From the NCBI GenBank assembly GCA_964016885.1, contig OZ024740.1, positions 386,508,001 through 386,572,000 on the forward strand: a stretch of 64,000 nt of DNA, in the 5' to 3' direction. Source of the DNA: Eledone cirrhosa (taxonomy: Eukaryota). A program made the translations under genes and the position numbers. This document shows, piece by piece, positions 54,660 to 64,000 of the stretch. Each line of letters begins with the position of its first letter. Within the stretch, counting starts at the first letter, position 1. The notes below the pieces were generated by a model. The model saw only the letters and a list, made by a program, of their open reading frames with translations. It was not told where the DNA came from and searched no databases.

Positions 54660-56080
54660 AATGTGAGCTCTGGATCCTCACCCACCCGGCTTCTCAACAC
54701 CAACAGCTAATCGACCTGTTTGCAGAGTCCTTCCCTTCCACCGCGGTCCCTCTCCCGTCGGCTTCGTGTTCCTTAGGAGCCCCACTCACAGACGTTACAT
54801 TCGAGTCAATCTTCCAATCGAAGATGGTTGGCCTTGAGCAGCTGCTGAAAAATATCGAAGTTATCGAACCCCATCAAGGTTTCTTCATACTCAGGAACTA
54901 CATGTTTATTCCTAAGCTTCTGTATCTGCTCAGGGTCAGCCCCTCTCACAGATTTCCGTCCTGCCTCCAAGCTTCGACGACCTAATCTTCGAGAGACTTG
55001 GTCAATGTTAAACTCTCTCCAGAGTCCCGCGATCAGGCTGTGTTGCCCAACCGATTTGGGGGTCTTGGTCTTCGTAAGTGTTCGTCCCTCTCTCCCCCTG
55101 CTTCCTTTCCTCCACCCACGCTTGCTCCACCCTGGGGAGCAGCATCCTCTCCTCTCCAACATGGACTAGTTCCAACAGGGAGTTGGGTGAAGCTCTCCAG
55201 CAATGGAGTAAGTTGGGCTTGTCTTTTCCTGAGAAGGTGGAGGACAGTCGAAGTCAGAGAACGTGGGGCAGCATAAGTTCGAAGGCCACCTTCGTCCAGT
55301 CAGATCAGTTTGCAAGGTGCCGCTTACTATCTGCCAGCACCAAATACTCAGGCGACTGGGTTGATGCCCTACCCGTGGCCAACGTCGGTGGCCTACTCAG
55401 CCTGGGAGCTGACGTCTGCATGGGTTTGAGGTGCCGATGCGGCAAACTCCTCGACTCCACCGGCCTCCACGGTCTTTCTTGCCGTCCGAATGCCGGCTGC
55501 TTCGCGCGTCACACGGAGCTAAACCTCATTCTCAAGAGAGCTTTGGCTCGGGCGAACATACCCTCAATCTTAAATCCATCTGGGTTGTCTAGAAGTGAGG
55601 GCAAAAGACCTGACGGCCTTACCCTGTGCCCCTGGTCGAGAGGCAGGTGCCTTGTCTGGGACGTCACTGTTAGTGACTCTTGCTCTCTCCCACATCCTGG
55701 ATGCTGCGGTTAGGATGAGAGCCACAGCTTCCGCAACCGAGCGGAGTAAGACCCTCAAATACTTTGATCTGTCGGCCAGCTACATTTTTCAGCCTGTGGC
55801 TTTCAAGACGTTTGGGGGAGTCGGGCCGCTGACTCCGAGGTTCCTCTCTTCACTGGCGGCTCGCCTAATAGAGGTAACTGGCGAATCTCGCGAGGGCGCT
55901 TGGTTGTTCCAGTGCATTAGCCTCGCCATCACCTGAGGCAACGCTGCGAGTGTGCTGGCTTGCCTAAAAAATCATTAGAGAGGTTGCCCAGTACTCCTCA
56001 CTGCTGTCTTTTGCTCTGGTGTTGGCTCGGTTGTTCACCCCTTCCTTTACATTTTTTTAAATATTGTAATATTAAAAGAA
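54660..56080 (+). mobile_element. 5'-truncated CRE-like non-LTR retrotransposon (RT thumb, Zn finger, restriction-like endonuclease)
   Basis: Frameshifted ORFs carrying PKLLYLLR, LPNRFGGLGLR, CRCGKLLDSTGLHGLSC..ARH, KRPDGLTLCPWSRGRCLVWDVTV, K..KY and FQPVAFKTFG; GC-rich relative to the flanks. Confidence 0.85.
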
Positions 56081-56095
56081 TATATCTTTCTGAAA

Positions 56096-56275
56096 GAATC
56101 GCGAGTTGTAGGATTGAATATGAAAGAATTGGTTTTTACCCATGGGCAGTTATATGTAGGTTGTTCATGAGTGGAAACACCTAGAAATGACAACGCATCC
56201 AATACAGTTCGCTTCTTTTCTACCTGTCTTCTCTTATCATCTGTTTACCCAGGCGAAGCTGGGTACCTCAGCTAG
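56096..56275 (+). mobile_element. Helitron 3' end
   Basis: PIF1-helicase motif remnant VVGLNMKELVFTHGQLYVGCS*V, then hairpin ACCCAG-GCGAAG-CTGGGT (56247-56264) and terminal CTAG followed by T. Confidence 0.8.
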
Positions 56276-58276
56276 TATTATATAAAGTAGTAGTCATGGA
56301 TGCACTATCTTTTTGTTTAAAAAAAGAAGAAAAGAGTCACACCAAAACACTGATCGAGTAAGAATAACAGCCAAGTTTACTCTATTAGAATTTATCCAAG
56401 GGTGGTGGAACCATTTCTGAATTGGGGGGAGGAGGGGCACATTTGGTCAATTTAGTTGTAGTGATTAGTTTAGCAGTTATTATAAAATATAAACCAAGAT
56501 ATTAAAAATAAAAAAAACTTCGATATGCGATAAACATAACATGTACATAAATTGTAGTGTATATACAAGTAGATGTGTGTTTTGGTAGTTTGGGGAGAAA
56601 AATATAATTATTAGGGAGTAGCCCTGTGCCTAAATTATAAATCAATAAGAAAGAGGTATTAGAGTAAATAAAATAAAATGTCAACAACCGAGAATCATAA
56701 CTGGTTCATATGCTCCTTTTGTTCTGGGTATTCTGTGAGGAATGTTCATCACTACACTAAGAGTTGTCACGTTCATGCCGTTTTACACACCACAAAAAGG
56801 CAGATGGAGTAAAAAAAAAAAAAAAAAAAAAAAACTCAGAGGAGCCCCCCAAGGGCAAGAATAGTCGTTGATGAGACTACAGAATGTGTAACAAAGGAAT
56901 TATGACAACTAACTAATCATCCGATTACAAAACTAACCGATGAATGTATTAGCTACTCTCAGGTCTTGAATAATCATCCCCCACCCCGCTTATACATTTT
57001 CCAGATTTTTTCCACCCCACCCACGTCCTATTTTATTCCAACCCTCTCACTTATTAAATTTTGCTAATCTATTTTTGGTGAAAATTTTTTGTAAGTGATT
57101 CATATCAATACAGCAGCTGGAGAATCTAATAATTATTTTATTTTACATTAAAAAAATCATTATATATTACAAATAAAAAGAACATTACAAGAAATGCCAT
57201 ATTTACGACCTACACTAGACAATTACTGATTTCGCAACCACATGTTTTACCCCCACCCCACCCCCCGCTTGTAAGAATTTAATTAACTGTCGACCCCATC
57301 CCTCTATTATTTGGGACCCGAGAGTATCTGATTAATAATAAAACTGAAGTGTAACTCAACTGGTGAGTGTATTTTTATTGTGTGTGTGTTAGGTTAAGTG
57401 TGTAACTAATTTCTGATGTGGATGTTTTAGATACTAGTTTACACAAAATATTTTTTTAAATGTAACTGAATGAGCACTCAATACACGCGAGCTGAGTGTA
57501 AAAATTCTTTTCTAAAGAAAAAAGTGGCAGTCGTTTCGAAATTTCAGCGATTGTTTTTCTGATTTCAAAGTAGCATTTGCTGATTATAAATTATGCTGTC
57601 ATTGGGAGAAATATTAGAAAAATGTATGAGCAGAATGAGCGGATAAGGCAATAGATTCAATAGAGAAAAGGATGAGCGGTAGAATGGTGTAGAAAAAAGA
57701 AAAATTGAATAAATATTTCGACTTTTGGCACAAGACCAGCAATTATTCCAGTGCATTACTGCAACTTTATTTTATCGACCCCATAAGGCAAAGTAAACCT
57801 CGGCGGGATTTGAACTCACATCGTAAAGGCCGTAACTTTATGCTGCAAAGCATGGCGTTCGACCCTCTACCGATACTAATGCCATTTGTGTTGGGTGTCG
57901 ATTTCTCAATAACGTCGTGAAACTAAAATACATTTAGAGATAAGGGTAGCTAACATTGTTAAGGGAGGTAACTCTTGATTATTCAGTGTAATTTTTTTTT
58001 CTTTTTTTCCTTTTAATTTGTTAAGAATATTCATTTATATTTCGTAAGTACAAGGCCAGTAATTTTAGGGAAAGGAAAGTCGATTAAATCAACTAGACAG
58101 GTACTTTATTTTATCAATCACGGAAGGATGAAAGGGAAAGTTGACCTCGGCATGATTTGAACTCAGAACGCAGAAAGTCGGAAATACCGAAAAAAGATTA
58201 TATGGTGCTTTCTTCTTTTGTCGAATTAGATCTTCCACATTATGATTATCTTTATTTGTAAATTTGAAATTAGCAA

Positions 58277-58312
<36 letters not shown>

Positions 58313-58437
58313 TATATATATATATATATATTATTTTCCGTAGTGTTGTAATATGAATATTACACACAGTAGATGGACAGCTCATGTAGGGTTTTCTCGA
58401 CGGTTCCAGTTGTAGTTTCAAAAGTAATCCGGAGAAA

Positions 58438-58990
58438 ATAGAAGGATTTAAATGGATACAGTTCAGTAAAAGGAATTTATTGACACGTGTTTCAATAACA
58501 GTTTTTTTTTTTTTTAAAATAAGTATATATACACATATCTATGTGTGGGCCAATGGATACACACACTTGATAGAAAAATTTAAGTCTGTATGTTAATTAA
58601 GTGCAGACACAAAACCAACCATGTATATCTTTACTATCTCTAATCCTTCTATAGATTTAGAAAAATAACCAACGCCAAATAATGTATTCTATAAAAAATG
58701 TCAAAACAACAGATGGGAATCTAATTACCCACTGCTATCAAAAATTTCTATCCACTTCCTTAACTATTCTTCTAACTTCACCCCTCCCTCTTAATATTCT
58801 CTATAAAAACCAAACAAGTTCTCAATGAGATTATTCTGATGAAATGATAGTTGAAAATAACATTGAAATATTGAGTGTCTGCATAATTAATACTTTGTAG
58901 ATAGCAGCCGTTTTCAGGTTATATAACTGTTATTGAAACACGTGTCAATAAATTCCTTTTACTGAACTGTATCCATTTAAATCCTTCTAT
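58438..58990. mobile_element. Penelope-type fold-back element (66-bp inverted arms) carrying a hammerhead
   Basis: 58438-58503 is the reverse complement of 58925-58990 and abuts (TA)n. The right arm carries the 3' half of the hammerhead at 58831-58951. Confidence 0.7.
58831..58951 (+). ncRNA. Type I hammerhead ribozyme, canonical core, extended stem II
   Basis: Stem I TTATT/AATAA; CTGATGA (58836-58842); 10-bp stem II AATGATAGTT/AACTGTTATT enclosing about 70 nt; GAAAC-ACGT-GTC (58935-58946). Confidence 0.75.
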
Positions 58991-59073
58991 ATATATATAT
59001 ATGTGTGTGAATGAAGTAATTCCGTCGGAAAAGTCCAGGAAAAAAGAGTGCTCTATGTAGGTAACAGAGCTTA

Positions 59074-59254
59074 ATATTTATGTAATAAACAACATAAGGC
59101 AATTATTCCATTTACCAGTGGTTTCTTAAAAGCAAAAGATTTTGCTTTCAATCCTCGGATTTTTTCATTCTGAGGATTGAAAGCAAAATCTTTTGCTTTT
59201 AAGAAACCACTGGTAAATGGAATAATTGCCTTATGTTGTTTATTACATAAATAT
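59074..59254. repeat. Fold-back element with ~83-bp arms carrying a hammerhead
   Basis: 59074-59156 versus 59172-59254; a third copy of the arm lies at 60018-60110. Confidence 0.9.
59163..59222 (+). ncRNA. Type I minimal hammerhead ribozyme
   Basis: Stem I TTTCATT/AATGGAA; CTGAGGA (59170-59176); stem II TTGAAAGCAAAA/TTTTGCTTTTAA; GAAAC-CACTG-GTA (59203-59215). Confidence 0.75.
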
Positions 59255-59399
59255 ATATATATAGAGCGTGAAATTAATAAACATTCGTTGTATATATATA
59301 TAGAGCGTGAAATTAATAAACATTCGTTGTACTGCCTCTCTGTTTTGTTCCTGTTTAAATTTTTCCATTATATATATATATATATATATACATTAAATG

Positions 59400-59446
59400 C
59401 TGATTTACAAACGTTTCATCTCCTTCCTGAGACTTTTCAAAACCAG
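59400..59446 (-). ncRNA. Type I minimal hammerhead ribozyme, U3-A8 variant
   Basis: The minus strand reads CTGGTT-TTGAAAA-GTCTC-AGGAAG-GAGAT-GAAAC-GTTT-GTA-AATCAG; stems I and II pair. Confidence 0.7.
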
Positions 59447-59558
59447 TTAATTAATAATAAATCCCCCTTATAATCTCACCAAAGCAATCAACAGCCAGCA
59501 GTTACAGAAAATGTTGATTGCTTTGGTGAGATTATAAGGAGGATTTATTATTAAATAA

Positions 59559-59605
59559 CTGGTTTTGAAAAGTCCCAGGAAGGGAATGAAACGTTCGTAA
59601 ACCAG
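59559..59605 (+). ncRNA. Type I minimal hammerhead ribozyme, U3-A8 variant
   Basis: CTGGTT-TTGAAAA-GTCCC-AGGAA-GGGAAT-GAAAC-GTTC-GTA-AACCAG; perfect 6-bp stem I. Confidence 0.7.
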
Positions 59606-59774
59606 CATTTAATGTATTAATTGTATTTGGTGTCTATTTTAATGAATAATTTGCTTCTAGTGTAATTATTATTTTTAGCACGATAAGATTTTGTATACAT
59701 GTCTTTTTGAAAATTCTTTCAAGGGGGTGTGATACATAGTCTCTTATATTGCTTATTATAATAAATTACTCTAT

Positions 59775-59952
59775 TTTGAACTGTGTTTAACATTTCCACC
59801 TATCTTTATAATGTTTTTATATTGTTTTTGTAAAGAACGATAATTATTTCTTATATATATATATATATATATATATATAAGAAATAATTATCGTTCTTTA
59901 CAAAAACAATATAAAAACATTATAAAGATAGGTGGAAATGTTAAACACAGTT

Positions 59953-59956
<4 letters not shown>
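59775..59956. repeat. Perfect palindrome centred on (TA)n
   Basis: ~78-bp arms that are identical in reverse complement, around a TA tract at 59852-59879. Confidence 0.9.
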
Positions 59957-60020
<64 letters not shown>

Positions 60021-60045
60021 TGTAATAAACAACATAAGGCAATTA

Positions 60046-60105
60046 TTCCATTTACCAGTGGTTTCTTAAAAGCAAAAAATTTTGCTTTCAATCATCAGAA
60101 TGAAA
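60046..60105 (-). ncRNA. Type I minimal hammerhead ribozyme (same family as 59163-59222)
   Basis: The minus strand reads TTTCATT-CTGATGA-TTGAAAGCAAAATTTTTTGCTTTTAA-GAAAC-CACTG-GTA-AATGGAA. Confidence 0.78.
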
Positions 60106-60254
60106 AAATCCTGGTCTATTTATTGAATTGGATTCTTAAAAAACAAAAATGCAGTCTATATGAAAGTGAGGTTGGGGAAGGAAGAAGGAAAGGAAAAATA
60201 AAATAAAAATACTCATGCAAACACACACACACACACACGATAATATACATCCAC

Positions 60255-60287
<33 letters not shown>

Positions 60288-60434
60288 CATACACACACAT
60301 ATATACACATATATATGTGTATATATATATACATACACATACATACACACATACATACATACACACATAAATATCAACATATCCATACATACACATACAT
60401 ATATACAACCACACACATATATATAGACATATAT

Positions 60435-60467
<33 letters not shown>

Positions 60468-60518
60468 TGCATACCCATTCACATACATAGCCATACACAC
60501 TTACATATAAATACATAC

Positions 60519-61127
60519 ATGGTGGCTGCCAACTCGTTTTCGAGTACGGCCACTACTTTATATCCATGTAGGAGAACCCCTACCGATGCGCTGAACGAGT
60601 GTGACTTTTTAGTCCAGCCAGCGACTTGAAAACTCTGGTACAAACACTACACCCGTGACAATTATTGACACATAGTGCTGGGCCCATGGTACCATGTGAC
60701 GACAAGTGCAGAGAGATCTCCAGATATAAAGCAATGCCTGCGCCGTGAAGCTTTTATAGTGAGCAAAGGCACTGCACAAAGCCAGTCCCACTCTCTTAAC
60801 CAAGATGATATTTACCAAAAAGAAGAACAATTCAACATCATTGGATACCATCAGGGTTGCAGGTGTTATATCAGAGTTTTCCTTCTCCTAGAATTCTGCC
60901 TTGACAAAGGCTAAGGGGTCATCTCTCCCGGTGATTTTGGATGGCCATTGACTCTTAAGAGCTCCTTTGCCCTTTTGACAGGTTTTGTTTTTAGTCCTGC
61001 AGGATGTCCAAAGTCACCCTCCTCACCAAGAAACCTTGGTGGGGTTGCCAGTTTAGTCGCCAACGACCCGACCATGGGACAGGTTGTACTGGGATACATG
61101 TTACCAGTAGCACCAACTGGTGACCTG
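60519..61127. repeat. Interspersed element duplicated at 63643 to the window end
   Basis: 60519-60880 is nearly identical to 63643-64000; both are preceded by CA/TA microsatellite. Confidence 0.9.
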
Positions 61128-61327
61128 ACATATACATATATGTATACATACATATATACATACATGTACATACACATACGCACATATACACATATATACA
61201 TATACATATACACACATATACACACATATATATATATACATATACACACATACATATACATACACATACACACATATACATACATACATGTACATACATA
61301 TACATACATACACATACATACATATAC

Positions 61328-61362
<35 letters not shown>

Positions 61363-63299
61363 CACATACATACATACATATACATATACATACACACATA
61401 TACATACATATATACATACATACATATACATACATATACATACATATATATACATACATATACATACATATACATACATATACATACATATATATACATA
61501 CATATACATACATATACATACATATACATACATATACATACATATAAATACATATATATACATACATATACACACATACATATACATACATACATATACA
61601 TACATATACACATACATACATATACATACATACATACACATATACACATATATATACACATATATACACATACATATACATATACATATATACACATACA
61701 CACATATACATATACATATACATACATATACATATACATATACATATATATACACATATACATATACATACATATACACATACATATACATATATACACA
61801 TATACACACATATATACATACATACACATACATATACATACATATACATATACATATACATATATATACACATACATACATATATACATATACACATACA
61901 TATACATATACATACACACACATATACATATATATATACATATATACATATACATACATATATACATACATACACATACACATACATATATACACACATA
62001 CACATACATATATACATACACATATACATATATATATATGTAAATGTGGTTGGTGTTAGGAAGGGCATCCAACTGTAGAAAACCTGCCAGACAGTCCTAT
62101 GCGAGCAAGACAATCACTCTTGCCTCAAGTGGGAATACCCCCGTCCAAACCCATGCAAGCGTGGAACACGGACGTTAAACGTTGATGATGATGATGATGA
62201 TGATATACATACATATATACATATACACACATATACATACATATACATATACATACATATATACATATATACACATATACATATACACATACATATATAT
62301 ACATATACATACACATATACATACATACACATATACACACATATATACATATATATACATATACATATACATACACACATACATATACATACATATACAT
62401 ATACACACATATACATATACATATACATATACATACATATACATACATATACACATACATATACACATACACATATACACATACATACATATATATATAC
62501 ACATACACATACATATATATATATATACATATACATACATATACATACACACATATACACATACACATATATATACACATATACATACATATACATACAC
62601 ATATACATACATATATATACACACATACATACATACATATACACATATACATACATATATATATATACACACATACATACATATATATACACATATACAT
62701 ACATATATATACATACACATATACATACATATACACATATACACACATACATATATATATATACACATATACATACATACACATATATACATACATACAT
62801 ATATACATATACACATATACATACATACATATATATACACATATACAGACATACACATATATATATATACACATATACATACATACATATACACATATAC
62901 ACACATACATACATACATATACACATACATATATACATACATACATACATATACATATATACACACATACACATATACATACATACATACATATACACAT
63001 ATACACATATACATACATACATATATATACACATATACATACATACATACATACATATATACATATATACATACATACACACATATATATACATATATAC
63101 ATACATACATACATATATATACACACATACATACATACATACATATATATACATATATACATACATACATATACACATATACACATATACATACATACAT
63201 ATACATATATACACACATACATACATACATACATACACATATATACATATATACATACATACATACATATATACATATATACATACATACATATACACA

Positions 63300-63331
<32 letters not shown>

Positions 63332-63583
63332 CATACATACACATATATATACATACATACACACATATATACATACATACATACATATACACATATACAT
63401 ACATACATATACATACATACATATATACATACACATACATACATATATATATACATACACACACACACATATACATACATACATATATATATATACATAT
63501 ATACATACACACATACATATATATATACACATATACATACATACATACATATATATATACATATATACATACATACATACACA

Positions 63584-63619
<36 letters not shown>

Positions 63620-63642
63620 CACATATACATACACATATATAT
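61128..63642. repeat. Long compound (CA/TA/CATA) microsatellite split by an RTE tail at 62040-62203
   Basis: Visible directly in the sequence; a further tract lies at 60220-60518. Confidence 0.97.
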
Positions 63643-64000
63643 ATGGTGGCTGCCAACTCGTTTTCGAGTATGGCCACTACTTTATATCCATGTAGGACAA
63701 CCCCGACCGATGCACTGAACGAGTGTGACTTTTTAGTCCAGCCAGCGAATTGAAAACTCTGGTACAAACACTACACTTGTGACAATTATTGACACATAGT
63801 GCTTTGCCCTTGGTACCATGTGACAAGTGCAGAGAGATCTCCAGATATAAAGCAATGCCTGTGCCGTGAAGCTTTTATAGTGAGCAAAGGCACTGCACAA
63901 AGCCAGTCCCACTCTCTTAACCAAGATGATATTTACCAAAAAGAAGAACAAGTCAACATCATTGGATACCATCAGGGTTGCAGGTGTTATATCAGAGTTT

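Larger units (their letters stand above)
59388..59617. repeat. Fold-back element with ~105-bp arms, a hammerhead in each arm
   Basis: 59388-59493 versus 59512-59617, with several substitutions between the arms. Confidence 0.9.

Noticed and set aside
60116-63767. Long Y/I/H/T- and M/C/V/Y-rich ORFs
   Set aside because: Translations of CA/TA microsatellite.

Overview
AT-rich, repeat-dominated eukaryotic DNA. The SINE/RTE/microsatellite repertoire points to an octopus (cephalopod) genome; this is an inference. The only intact protein-coding gene I can support is an intronless Rab22/Rab31-like GTPase (51106-51729, minus strand) whose CC prenylation motif is followed by an unusual 16-aa extension. 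The rest is nested mobile DNA: tRNA-derived SINEs, RTE and CR1/L2-like LINE fragments, TTAA piggyBac-type MITEs, Helitron pieces, a decayed GalEa-like Copia LTR element, two Penelope-like (GIY-YIG) fragments, a CRE-like REL-endonuclease retroelement, a 2.3-kb bipartite minisatellite born inside a LINE, and long CA/TA microsatellites. The most striking signal is at 52.2-60.1 kb, upstream of the Rab gene: a dense cluster of (TA)n-anchored fold-back elements. It carries at least six hand-foldable minimal type I hammerhead ribozymes from four unrelated sequence families, on both strands. Three of them have a U3-A8 compensatory core, and several degenerate copies lie nearby. All RNA structures were folded by eye and none was computed.
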